From Octopus bimaculoides (taxonomy: Eukaryota): a stretch of DNA of 64,000 bases. Of this stretch, positions 1-12,143 are shown piece after piece. Where the stretch lies: assembly GCF_001194135.2 (NCBI RefSeq), contig NC_069003.1:3482151-3546150 (forward strand), written 5' to 3'. A program made the position numbers and the translations under genes. The first letter of the stretch is position 1. The number at the start of each line of letters is the position of its first letter. The notes under the pieces were generated by a model, which did no database searches, was not told the DNA's origin, and saw only the letters and a list, made by a program, of their open reading frames with translations.

Positions 1-395
1 AAGGCATTTAAACATTTTCTATCTATTTCTCGATTGATTTTGATTTATGTTTCACTATTTTTTTAAAATCACCATTATATCTGCTATTCCTATGATCATG
101 TTTTCATGCTGAGACATTGCTAGCAAGACTATTGCCGCTGTCATAGATAATTTGTTAAGTCTTATTACTTAGTCGTGGCCAAATCTGAACCTATATACAT
201 AAAGCATTCCATCCATTAATATTTCTTGCTTTCAGTGAAATAGACTTCCTGACTTATATCAAGAAAATATAAAGCGTGCGGATTAATAACAAACGACTGA
301 TAAATTATCGCAGCTTCAAAGATTAGGTATAGGGAAGCACATTGATTTCACTTGTCTTATATATACATATTTGTAAATGTGTATGCATGCATGTA

Positions 396-451
<56 letters not shown>

Positions 452-1292
452 AATTTAAGGAATGGAGTAAACGCATGTTATAACTGCATACTTTATACCG
501 ACATATGTTTCGAAGAATTACAATTTATGCGATCCATAGGAATCGTCGATGTTAAAAATGTAAACTTCTCCTTAGGGAATGTATGGGAACCGTCTTAAAC
601 GTAAGACATTATGACNNNNNNNNNNNNNNNNNNNNNNNNNNNNNNNNNNNNNNNNNNNNNNNNNNNNNNNNNNNNNNNNNNNNNNNNNNNNNNNNNNNNN
701 NNNNNNNNNNNNNNNNNNNNNNNNNNNNNNNNNNNNNNNNNNNNNNNNNNNNNNNNNNNNNNNNNNNNNNNNNNNNNNNNNNNNNNNNNNNNNNNNNNNN
801 NNNNNNNNNNNNNNNNNNNNNNNNNNNNNNNNNNNNNNNNNNNNNNNNNNNNNNNNNNNNNNNNNNNNNNNNNNNNNNNNNNNNNNNNNNNNNNNNNNNN
901 NNNNNNNNNNNNNNNNNNNNNNNNNNNNNNNNNNNNNNNNNNNNNNNNNNNNNNNNNNNNNNNNNNNNNNNNNNNNNNNNNNNNNNNNNNNNNNNNNNNN
1001 NNNNNNNNNNNNNNNNNNNNNNNNNNNNNNNNNNNNNNNNNNNNNNNNNNNNNNNNNNNNNNNNNNNNNNNNNNNNNNNNNNNNNNNNNNNNNNNNNNNN
1101 NNNNNNNNNNNNNNNNNNNNNNNNNNNNNNNNNNNNNNNNNNNNNNNNNNNNNNNNNNNNNNNNNNNNNNNNNNNNNNNNNNNNNNNNNNNNNNNNNNNN
1201 NNNNNNNNNNNNNNNNNNNNNNNNNNNNNNNNNNNNNNNNNNNNNNNNNNNNNNNNNNNNNNNNNNNNATATATATATATATATATATATAT

Positions 1293-1385
1293 GCTATAGT
1301 AGAAGACACTTGCTCAAGGTACCACGCAGTGGGACTGAACCCGGGACCATGTGGTTGGTAAGCAAGCTACTTAACACACAGCCAG
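1293..1385 (-). mobile_element. SINE family A, 5' fragment (tRNA-like head)
   Basis: Reverse complement reads TGGCTGTGTGTTAAGTAGCTTGCTTACCAACCACATGGTCCCGGGTTCAGTCCCACTGCGTGGTACCTTGAGCAAGTGTCTTCTACTATAGC. It has Pol III A/B-box-like motifs and matches the copy at 5832. Confidence 0.85.
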
Positions 1386-1636
1386 GGGAAATTATTTTTA
1401 GTACTTCTGGATGTAATATCTAATGTATTAATATTGATTTCAAATTTTGACACAAGGTCAGCAAATTTTAGGGTTGTGGGTAAGTTAATTACATTGACCT
1501 TCTTTGCCACTTCTACCTATTTGATCGACTTCGTCAGAATGAAAATCATTTCAACTCCGAACGTATAGTCGGAAGAATTCCTACTAAGTAATTTACCCGC
1601 CGCTGTGAAGAAATTCCCAGCTCACTGCCTGTATAT

Positions 1637-1810
1637 TCTTCTACTCTAGGCAAAAGGTCCGACTTTTTTTTTGGGGGGGGGATGCAGTCGAGTAGATTGA
1701 CACCAGTCCGCAACTGGTACTTAATTTATCAAAACTGAAAGAATAAAGGCAAAGTTGACCACGGCGGAATTTAAACTCAGAACGTAAAGACAGACGAAAT
1801 GCCAATAAGT
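1637..1810 (-). mobile_element. SINE family B, 5'-truncated
   Basis: Shares AACTGGTACTTAATTTATC...AAAGGCAAAGTTGACC..GGCGGAATTT.AACTCAGAACGTAAAGACAGACGAAAT with the inverse of the full copy at 30478. Confidence 0.8.
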
Positions 1811-2498
1811 TTTGTTTTATAAATATTGTCCAGTATTAAGAGTTTCATTTTATTGACTCCCATTGTAAACTAAAATTATTTATATATGTTCTTGATTAAT
1901 ATAGTATCTTGTGAGTTGTCTCAAATTTACGTTCCATAATATGAAACTCTTTACCAAGAAGAGTTTCCAATGTTTTAAATAAAATCGGAAACGCCGAGCA
2001 CAAATAATTTCTAATCAGACATAGATGTTTCAGCTAAGAATACTATCACGGATTTTACAAGGTGGGTGAAAATATGTTTCCCATTGCAGTCCCATTTAGT
2101 TGAAAGTAACATAGAAACACTAAATAGAAACAGGTGGTTGTAGCAAAAGTAAAAATACCTCTTGTAGAAATTCTTTGACAAACTCCCCTGAATTATGTGT
2201 TGATATTTGTCTAGTCTCTCTCATTAATCTTAAGAACGGGAATTATTCTTGTGTAGGATGGTCATATCAAAACAAAGTAGGAATTTATACACCAGCGCGC
2301 AAACACACACACACACACACACACACATATGAAAGAATAAAATCATATATACCTATATTGAAAAGAATATGTGTGCTTTCGCACGTGCCTATGTAATGCG
2401 TAAAGTGTGTTAGTGTATGTGTGAATGTGAGTTGTGCGTGTTTGTACGTACATATATTATGTATATATGTATATGCGCACCCAAAGAACCCCTCCCCC

Positions 2499-2535
<37 letters not shown>

Positions 2536-2849
2536 TGTAATTATAGACTGAGACAAAAGTATTGATCACTTGATAATATGTAGATAAAACGATAGTTCAG
2601 CAGGTATATAGATCGATTGGCTGATAAGGAGGTAGATGGTGATATATTAAGCACGATAGTAGATTAGATGACGTAGTGATTCTAGTGTTTAGATCGATAA
2701 GTAGATTCCTAGACTAAGATACATACACAAAAAACTTTCAATAGATGCGAGCTGGCGAATATGTATTTATACTTATGCAGTCTGTATATCAATAAATGGC
2801 GGGTTGCTAGTACGTACAGATGTGCTTACTTATTCGTGTATTCATTTAT

Positions 2850-3243
2850 TTGTGTCGTTCATTTGACTGCAGCCATGCTGGAGTACATTCTTTAGTCGAA
2901 CAAATCGACCCCCAGAACGTATTCTTTGTTAGCCTAGTACTTATTCTATCTGTCTCTTTTGCCGAAACACTAAGTTACGGGGACGTAAATACACCAACAT
3001 CGGTTGTGAAGCGATGGTGGGCCGAAAAATCATAGACGCAAATACGCACGTTCACACACGCATATATAGATATATATATAATTATACAACAGGCTTTTTT
3101 TAGTTTCCGTCTAACAAATCCCCTCACTTGGTCGGCCCAAGGCTATAGTAGAAGGTACTTGCCCAAGGTACCACGCCATAGGACTAGACCCAGAACCCTG
3201 TGGTTGGGAAGCTAGCTTCTTACCACACGCCCACGCTTGCGCC
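2850..3243 (-). mobile_element. SINE family A, near full length, with internal (CA)/(TA) tract
   Basis: Colinear inverse match to 5832-6210, from the 3' CATTTGACTGCAGCCATGCTGGAG to the head TTACCACAC..CCACGCTTGCGCC. Confidence 0.9.
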
Positions 3244-3269
3244 TATATGTATGTGTCTCTTCTATTCTC

Positions 3270-3450
3270 CTTTATCTTTTACTTTCTTTACTCATTAGAT
3301 TTCGGCCATGCTGGAGCAAAGCCTTGATTAAAATTTAGTGGAATGAAACGACGCCAGCAGTTTTTCCTTTAAGTCTGGTATTTATTGTATCAATTAAAAT
3401 TGCTGAACTGCTACATTACGAGGACGCTATCACACCAGCACCGGTTGTCG
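3270..3450 (-). mobile_element. SINE family A, degenerate 3' half
   Basis: CGGCCATGCTGGAGCA, CTGAACTGCTA..TTACGAGGACG and CACCAGCACCGGTTGTC motifs. Confidence 0.65.
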
Positions 3451-3519
3451 AGTGTGTGTGTGTGTTTATACATATATTTATTGTTTTGAATTTCTATGAA
3501 AGTGTATAGAATAGTATAT

Positions 3520-3601
3520 GAGCATATATATATACATGCCTGTTTACATATACAGTAAATATATACACACAGTAACTGTATATATATGTGCATACATTCA
3601 T

Positions 3602-3671
<70 letters not shown>

Positions 3672-4068
3672 AAGAAAGTTAAAACGTAGTCTGGTTTACA
3701 ATTTTTTTTACTATGGTATTTTAACAAAATTAACGCATTCATACATACTATACTCTTCAGATTTCAAACGTGTTTTGTATGACAGTTGAGTTCTTGACAA
3801 CTTTAGTACCTCTTAGAGTGCTCTAAGAGGTGCTAAAGCTGTCAAGAATTCCACTGTCGGTTGAAGACATTTCAAATCTGATGAGCACAGTATGTATGAA
3901 TGCATTAATTTTGTTAAAATACCATAATAAAAAAACTTGAAAACCAGACTACGTTTTAACTTTCTTCAATATATATACGTATGTATGTATGCATGTATGT
4001 ACATATATATGCAGTTACTGTGTGTATATATTTACTGTATATGTAAACACGCATATATATATATATAT
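3520..4068. repeat. Long fold-back palindrome with a 2-nt loop at 3819-3820
   Basis: 3669-3818 is the reverse complement of 3821-3969 (~85-90% by eye; centre CCTCTTAGAG-TG-CTCTAAGAGG). Symmetry continues past the (TA)n tracts (TGTTTACATATACAGTAAATATATACACACAGTAACTG versus its inverse). Confidence 0.95.
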
Positions 4069-4095
4069 GTTTGTACGTACGTAATTATATATATA

Positions 4096-4255
4096 GGCGG
4101 GCTTGTTTCAGTTTCCATCTACCAAATCCACTCACAAGTCTTTGGTCGGTCCGTGGCTATAGTAGATGACAATTGGCCAAGATGGCGATGCAGTGGGACT
4201 GAACCTGGAGCCATGTGTTTGGTACGAAAACTACTTACCACACAGCCATTCCTGC

Positions 4256-4258
<3 letters not shown>
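4096..4258 (-). mobile_element. SINE family A, 5' half
   Basis: CGGGCTTGTTTCAGTTTCCATCTACCAAATCCACTCACAAG...TTACCACACAGCCATTCCTGCCC is the inverse of the family A head and body. Confidence 0.88.
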
Positions 4259-4298
<40 letters not shown>

Positions 4299-4922
4299 NN
4301 NNNNNNNNNNNNNNNNNNNNNNNNNNNNNNNNNNNNNNNNNNNNNNNNNNNNNNNNNNNNNNNNNNNNNNNNNNNNNNNNNNNNNNNNNNNNNNNNNNNN
4401 NNNNNNNNNNNNNNNNNNNNNNNNNNNNNNNNNNNNNNNNNNNNNNNNNNNNNNNNNNNNNNNNNNNNNNNNNNNNNNNNNNNNNNNNNNNNNNNNNNNN
4501 NNNNNNNNNNNNNNNNNNNNNNNNNNNNNNNNNNNNNNNNNNNNNNNNNNNNNNNNNNNNNNNNNNNNNNNNNNNNNNNNNNNNNNNNNNNNNNNNNNNN
4601 NNNNNNNNNNNNNNNNNNNNNNNNNNNNNNNNNNNNNNNNNNNNNNNNNNNNNNNNNNNNNNNNNNNNNNNNNNNNNNNNNNNNNNNNNNNNNNNNNNNN
4701 NNNNNNNNNNNNNNNNNNNNNNNNNNNNNNNNNNNNNNNNNNNNNNNNNNNNNNNNNNNNNNNNNNNNNNNNNNNNNNNNNNNNNNNNNNNNNNNNNNNN
4801 NNNNNNNNNNNNNNNNNNNNNNNNNNNNNNNNNNNNNNNNNNNNNNNNNNNNNNNNNNNNNNNNNNNNNNNNNNNNNNNNNNNNNNNNNNNNNNNNNNNN
4901 NNNNNNNNNNNNNNNNNNNNNN

Positions 4923-5251
4923 GGAACAGCCTGCTCGTGAAATTAACGTGCAAGTGGCTGAGCACTCCACAGACACGTGTATCTTTAACGTAGTTCTCGG
5001 GGGATATTCAGCGTGACACAGAGTGTGACAAGACTGACCCTTTGAATTACAGGCACAACAGAAACAGGAAGAGTGAGAGAAAGTTGTAGTGAAAGTGTAC
5101 AGCAGGGTTCGCCACCATCCCCTGCCGGAGCCTCGTGGAGCTTTAGGTGTTTTCGCTCAATAAACACTCACAACACCCGGTCTGGGAATCGAAACCGCGA
5201 TCTTATGACCGCGAGTCCGCTGCCCTAACCACTGGGCCATTGTGCCTCCAT
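4923..5251 (-). mobile_element. SINE family D (tRNA-derived head; 3' end lost in gap)
   Basis: Inverse head ATGGAGGCACAATGGCCCAGTGGTTAGGGCAGCGGACTCGCGGTCATAAGATCGCGGTTTCGATTCCCAGACC has clear A and B boxes. The tail is shared with the copies at 9304 and 41330. Confidence 0.9.
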
Positions 5252-5634
5252 GCTTGTCCTATACTGGATGATTCGTTACATTTTAGTTGATACCTCAACT
5301 AGAGCCATACTCTCATGTGTCAGGGGAAATATTGGCATTTGTTGTTCTTCAACAGAAGTGCCACTAGGGGTGTAAAATGATGGAGCAGATGTTCTTTGTT
5401 TTGGCACAGAACTAGGAATGGATTAGACTTTCATCTTTTTAATATGAGATTGGTTTATTTTTCCCTGGATAGTCATTTGGATCGAGCGAGATTCAAGCAT
5501 TCGTCACAGAATATTATCGTGTTTTATATTTTCTGTACACCGAGTCCTTAATATAACTTATCCCTATCTTCTGTACTATAGTCACAATGCCTGAAATTCT
5601 TGGGGAGAGGACCAGACGATTGCATTCGTCACGG

Positions 5635-5710
5635 TGCTAAAATGGTACTTACTTTATCGACTCTGAAAGGACGGATGGCTAAATCAACAGTGGAGGAATT
5701 TGAATGCAGG
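5635..5710 (-). mobile_element. SINE family B, internal fragment
   Basis: TGGTACTTACTTTATCGACTCTGAAAGGA...GGAATTTGAA motif. Confidence 0.55.
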
Positions 5711-5831
5711 CTGATAAGCATATAATCCGGCATGCCAATGATTCTGCCACTGCAACTCCTGGAGTGTGTATAAGTGTATGTGTATATTAATATAGATGTG
5801 TATATAAGTATGTGTGTGTATGTTTGTATAT

Positions 5832-5965
5832 GCAGGAGAGTGGCTATGTGATAAGTAGCTTGCTTACCGACCACATGGTTCCGAGTTCAGTCCCACTGCG
5901 TGACGTCTTGGATGATCAAAGCCTTGTGAGTGGATTTGGTGGACAGAAACTGAAAGAAGCCCGTC

Positions 5966-6003
<38 letters not shown>

Positions 6004-6210
6004 GTGTGTGTGTGTGTGTTTGTGTGTCTGAATTTGTTCCCCCTACATCGGTTGACAACCGATGTGGGTGTGTTTACGTCCCCGTAACCTAGCGGTTTGG
6101 CAAAAGAGACCGATACTATAAGTACTAAGCTTACTAAGAATAAGTCCTGGGGTCGATTTGTTCGATTAAAGGCGGTGCTCCAACATGGCCGCAGTGAAAT
6201 GACTGAAAAA
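5832..6210 (+). mobile_element. SINE family A, full-length reference copy with internal (TA)n(TG)n
   Basis: A box GTGGCTATGTGATAAG, B box GAGTTCAGTCCC, body GTGGATTTGGTGGACAGAAACTGAAAGAAGCCCGTCG, microsatellite, then a 3' part ending GGCGGTGCTCCAACATGGCCGCAGTGAAATGACTGAAA. Confidence 0.93.
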
Positions 6211-6211
6211 A

Positions 6212-6245
<34 letters not shown>

Positions 6246-6381
6246 GTGTAAGTATGTTTGTATGNNNNNNNNNNNNNNNNNNNNNNNNNNNNNNNNNNNN
6301 NNNNNNNNNNNNNNNNNNNNNNNNNNNNNNNNNNNNNNNNNNNNNNNNNNNNNNNNNNNNNNNNNNNNNNNNNNNNNNNNN

Positions 6382-6448
<67 letters not shown>

Positions 6449-7384
6449 ATACATGCTTACTGACAGACATGTGTATACTATAAGTTTGTGCGTAGTAATG
6501 GTCAACTAAATACTCTCGTAATATATTGGTCATCCTGTTGCTATTGTTGCAGTCACTTCCCAAAGATTCTACGCAGTAGAACTGAACCGGAAATCACGTT
6601 GGTGAAAAGAGTATTTCTCAACCTCCCGTTCATTCCTACGCCCATTTTAATCGGATAATACTTGTGTACGACTCTAGTTTTATGTTACTTGACATTTTAG
6701 CCTTGATGGGGGGAAAGTAAAGAAGGAAACAAAATGGCGTACGTTTGATTATTAAATTATTCATTCATTTTGTTGCTGTCTGCTCTGTTATGTAAATTAA
6801 ACTGGCCACTTTAGTGATGTCTCAGTTGTTATACAATATTGATGGCTTTCAGTTACTATTGTCTCTGTGGACAGAAAATAAGTAATCTTTCTTTGATGAT
6901 GGATAAATAACATTAGAATCGAAGTAGATCATTTCGAATAAGAAAAGACACGTTGTTGCCTCTTTGTAACGCGTTCACTGCAAGAATCAGGTATGTTACT
7001 GTTGGAAGGATTACATAAAATTTGAAGTCATAATGCACACGCATATACACACATGCACAAACGCATGGTACTATAAATATACATGTTTATATACAAACAA
7101 ACACTCACAGAATATATACATACATACATAGATATACTTTATAGACATAACTGTGTGTCTATAAACATACACACACGCGCGCACACACATATATACAAGT
7201 ATATATATATACATATATATTTAAACATATATGTATATGCAGCCACATACTCATATATGCTATGCGTACAGATATTTAATTATACATACATATGTATATA
7301 TATATGTGTGTGTGTGTGTTTGTGTAAATACATATTCACATGTGTGTATATAGACATGTGTGTGTGTGTGTATACATATCTATA

Positions 7385-7418
<34 letters not shown>

Positions 7419-7849
7419 CATAAGGAGGAAATTGTCTAAATGAACGTGGATAGAAGAGAGAGAGAGAGAGGAGATTATGAGATGTGTGCCATAACATGTA
7501 ACCATGCAATAGAGAACGATAGAGATCGACTTGGCTCAAATGCAATGAGAGAGAGAGAAGAGAGGCAGAAACAACGAGAGAGGGGCATAAGCAGCAAAGC
7601 TGAGAGAGCGCGAGGTGTACATGAGGATTAATCGTAGGAAAGCAGGGGCGTGGGGGGCGGGGGTTGAAGAATAGGAGTCCACCTAATTCGATTGATGTTA
7701 ATTGTGTACAAATCAAATCGGAAATCCAACAATGATTGAAGTTATCGATTACTAGGAGAATATGTCCTCTCCAAATCGATAATTGATTGGCCATTCGGAC
7801 ATTGATCACAAGCTTTCAAGGACAACATTTCCAGCTTCAGGAGCAGAGG

Positions 7850-8960
7850 AAGGACGGTGTGGTTTGGCAGTGATTCTCATAGCAGAACTTTTGTTGTAGT
7901 AGTAGTAGTAGCAGCAGCAGTTCTTGTTGTTGTTCTCGTCAGTGTTAATGGTAAATGGTGAAACGGCAATGATGATGGCGATATTGTTGATGCTCGTTTT
8001 CGTAGCCGGGATTACAACACTGCTGGCGATGATGCTGGTGCTTCCGCTGGTTTGATGGTAGTTCTGAAGGCCCTCATGCGGGAGATTAACACGCTGGTGG
8101 TTATGGAAATGGTAGCTTTAAGGTTGGTGTTATTAATGATCGTGATGCACGTAATAGTGGTGCCGGTGGTGTGCTGGTGACAGCGGTGATGCTGTGTGCA
8201 ATACTTGGGGGCTACGGTTCTAATCTTGGTGGCCTTCGTAAAATTAGTGGCATTTTTGCTGAAAATAAGAGGCGATGATGGTGATCAGGACAAAGCTGAA
8301 GGAATTCGGGGTGATGGTAGCGGAATGGTAAAGATGTTATTGATAGAAGTACAAAAAGACTGAAATACAGTGGTATGGGNNNNNNNNNNNNNNNNNNNNN
8401 NNNNNNNNNNNNNNNNNNNNNNNNNNNNNNNNNNNNNNNNNNNNNNNNNNNNNNNNNNNNNNNNNNNNNNNNNNNNNNNNNNNNNNNNNNNNNNNNNNNN
8501 NNNNNNNNNNNNNNNNAGCGGTTGTGGTGGTAGTGTTGGTTGTCGTTGTGGCGGTGGTTGTGGTGGTGGTAGCGGTTGTGGTGGTAGCGGTGGGTGTGGT
8601 GATTGTAGTAGTGGTTGTGGTGGTGTTTGAGGTGTTGATGGTGGTTGTGGTTGGGGTGGTGGTGGTGGTAGTTGTGGTGCTGGTTGTGGGGATTGTGGTG
8701 GTGGCTGTGGTGAAGGTAGTGGTGGTAGTGTTTGTGGTAGTAGTAGTGGCTGTGGTGGTTGTGGCGGAATGTAGTGGTGGTGGAGATGAGGAAGGTGATT
8801 GTAATGGTGGTGGTGGTCGTGGTGGTGGCTGCTTTCTTGTTGATGGTCATCGTTGTAACAGTGGCGACATGCTGGAGCTCATGGTCGCGTTGTTGCCTGT
8901 AGAATCCGGTGTTGCTGTTGGTCCGTTTGATTAAAGAGCTGATTGGTCTAATGGTGGTGA
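7850..8960. repeat. Degenerate trinucleotide low-complexity tract (GGT/GTT/GTA/GAT)
   Basis: Directly visible; it produces the poly-V, poly-G and poly-H ORFs in the track. Contains one gap. Confidence 0.9.
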
Positions 8961-9303
8961 CAATGAAAAGCAATTTAAAATATTTACTTGTAGCAGTAAT
9001 GAAGAATGTTTTGGCTCTTGGAATGGTGAATTATTAGAGGAAGATTTCCTACCTAAACCACACCAAATGCGTGACACGTTGAAAAGTGTAATGCTAGATA
9101 TATGGTATTTGGGAAAGCAATTAAGATCAGACAGGGTGGCCATATCTGGAAATCGTTTGATGTTCTACATGATAATTGTGCCTGTAACTAAATATATCAA
9201 TATGGGATGTTTGATGAGGAAAAGACTTATTATGGAGGAATCATTGAGGACGTGCTGTGTGTGTGACGTTGTTGGTTACTATAGATATAGTCACAAAATA
9301 AGT

Positions 9304-9622
9304 ATCGGCACTCCGTCGGTTACGACGATGAGTTTCCAGTAGATCCGACCAACGAAGTTTGTGCACGTGAAACTAACTTGCAAGTGGTTGACCACCCTCT
9401 CTGGCACACGTGCCCTTAACGTAGTTCTGACAGAGATTCAGCGTGATATATAATGTGACAGGGCCGGCCCTTTGAAACACAGGTACAATTCATTTTTGCC
9501 AACTGAGCGGACTGGCGAAACGGAAAATGAAGTATTTTGCTCAAGGAAGCAACATGCCGACCGGAATCGAACTGGCGAACTAACGACCATGAACCGAATA
9601 TCGTAACCACTAAACCACGTGC
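9304..9622 (-). mobile_element. SINE family E (C-like core plus D-like tail), full length
   Basis: The tail CACTCCGTCGGTTACGACGATGAG...TTAACGTAGTTCT...CCTTTGAA matches family D. The core TTGCTCAAG/CTGAGCGGACTGG and head GGAATCGAAC...TAACCACTAAACCACGTGC resemble family C. Confidence 0.8.
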
Positions 9623-10402
9623 TTTCACAGAAGTGGAAGCGAGGGAGAAATGACAGGTGCGACACGCATTTAGATTGCGTTGACATTCCTGAGTAAAGTG
9701 ACGGTGTTAATCTATTTTCTTTAAATGTCGAGTGAATGACGATGTTTTTTCTAATTGTCCTTTTTATGTTTGTTAAACACTCAATTTTTGTTTGATTTCT
9801 GTTTCTTTAACGCATTATTATAACAGCTTGCGACATCATTAAATTCGGTCCTATCTCTTTTATGCTACTTCAAAAGAAATTTTCTCATCGAGTCGGAAGT
9901 GGCAACAGTTGTACAACAAAATCGATCTCATAAGCAGAACGAACCGTACGTAGCATCTCAAAAATATAATAATGAGCAAACATCAAAGAAGGAACAAGAG
10001 TAATATGTAGGTAGCCATGGAGGGTTTCAGAATTAAGAAAACCTCTTTCCTTAATAGAAAATGCTGAAGGACGTGAAATGCTTGAGAAGTGAAAGGCAAT
10101 GTCTTAAGCAAGATGCACGAAAATAGATTATTGGTGTATGTGTGAGAAGGCAGTTTCGAGAACGGTTACCGCGAATACATTTCCAACTAGAGGATAAAGT
10201 AAAGAACAGCAAATGGCAATAGAAAAATATGTGGTTACGTATAGCAACTGGAAAATTAAGATACTTGCAAAATATCTACTGCTACACAGCCAGTTGCCTA
10301 TTATTCGAAGGTCGGAAATAGTCTTCCCATCATAAGCGGGTCAATGTAACGCCAACAACACATCAGAGTAGCATAATTTATAATTTCAATACAGTGATAC
10401 CT

Positions 10403-10770
10403 CGCATGGCTCAGTGGTTAGAGCGTCGAGCTTACGATCGTGAAGCTGTGAGTGTCCTCTACTCTAGCCTCGGGCCGACCAAAGCCTTGTCAGTGGATTT
10501 GGTAGACGGAAACTGATAGAAGCCCGTCGTATATACATATGCGTGTGTGTGTCCACCACCAACACTTACGACGTTGAGTGTTCCTGTAGATCCCATGAAA
10601 TGAAAAGCGTGCTTGTGAAATTAACATGCAACTTAGCAGTTCGAGGAAAAGATTCGATAGAATAAGTAGCAGGTTTAGCAAAATATTAAATATTAAGGTC
10701 GATTGATTCGACTAGAAATTATTCAAGGCGTTGCCCCAGAATAGCCGCAGTCTACTGACTGAAAGAAAAT
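10403..10770 (+). mobile_element. Chimeric SINE: family C head fused to family A body
   Basis: CGCATGGCTCAGTGGTTAGAGCGTCGAGCTTACGATCGTGAA matches the inverse of 41873-41916 except for one base. It is followed by the family A TAGCCTCGGGCCGACCAAAGCCTTG...GAAGCCCGTCG and the family A 3' end. Confidence 0.8.
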
Positions 10771-12109
10771 ATAAATAACATAGTTACATATCCGTACTGC
10801 ACTACGACCGCCCGAACTACAAGAAATAGCAACTAAATCTTCCTGAAGGCACAACCTAAACAAGCAGAGAGAGAATTGTCTTAGACTGAGGTTATGGATA
10901 TCGAAGCAAATCTTTTCGTTCATAGGTCTGCTTGATGAAATCAAACCTGGGGCTAAACAGCAAAAATTGCAACAAGAACAACACTATAGATTGAATATCT
11001 GCAATATCTTGACTAGAAATCTGTGCAGTAAAGTAGGAAACCATGCGAGACGAAGTGCATCCTTCCAAGAATACAGAGCAAAGCCTGCGGCAATTTGTTA
11101 TTTATTTAACTGGTTGAATCTGCGATGTTTCATAACATGAAAACGTAGAGCCAGCGTAACATATCGCATTTCGTTTCTAGTCAAATGGATCAGTGATTCG
11201 AAGCGTGTGTGTGTGAATATCAGTGTGTGTATGTGTGTGGTGTCTACATGAGAGAAAGCATGTATATACCAAAGTGAGTATATTTCTAAATGTATATGTA
11301 AAAGAGAAGGAAAGAGCAGGCGAAGAAGACGGACATACGTATGTGTACAGAAAATAGTATGGTAGTGTATCGGTGTATGTGTATGGCACTGCCAGTGTGT
11401 GTGTGTGTGTGNNNNNNNNNNNNNNNNNNNNNNNNNNNNNNNNNNNNNNNNNNNNNNNNNNNNNNNNNNNNNNNNNNNNNNNNNNNNNNNNNNNNNNNNN
11501 NNNNNNNNNNNNNNNNNNNNNNNNNNNNNNNNNNNNNNNNNNNNNNNNNNNNNNNNNNNNNNNNNNNNNNNNNNNNNNNNNNNNNNNNNNNNNNNNNNNN
11601 NNNNNNNNNNNNNNNNNNNNNNNNNNNNNNNNNNNNNNNNNNNNNNNNNNNNNNNNNNNNNNNNNNNNNNNNNNNNNNNNNNNNNNNNNNNNNNNNNNNN
11701 NNNNNNNNNNNNNNNNNNNNNNNNNNNNNNNNNNNNNNNNNNNNNNNNNNNNNNNNNNNNNNNNCATCTGTTTCAATTGATATATATATATATATATACA
11801 AGAATATACGTGTATATATATATATAAATAGATATATATGTACATATATATATATAAAAATTTCCATAGATCCTAACTGAGAAGTATATATATATATTTA
11901 CATATACACACTCATACATGTATACATATGTTGGTGTGTGTGGCTGTATATGTGTGTGTATACAAAACGGTTAATTATTTGTAACATTACCAAATGGGCA
12001 ATTCTTTTAAACACACGCAATTATGTAATTCACGTATACACACTGAATATTGTTGAATATTAAAAGAAAAATTAAATATTGTAATATACGGTATATTCTC
12101 TCACTCGCT

Positions 12110-12143
<34 letters not shown>

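Noticed and set aside
5160-5251. tRNA-like sequences (also at 10403, 31489, 41870 and the other SINE heads)
   Set aside because: They are SINE heads: each continues into a SINE body and lacks a complete acceptor stem.
9950-10260. Possible RTE-like LINE C-terminal remnant (RLPRIHFQLEDKVK...MWL)
   Set aside because: A single short, ambiguous motif match.
10800-10985. Possible LINE tail ending CCTGGGGCTAAACA(ACA)n-like
   Set aside because: Single copy in this window and recognised only from memory, so not independently supportable.
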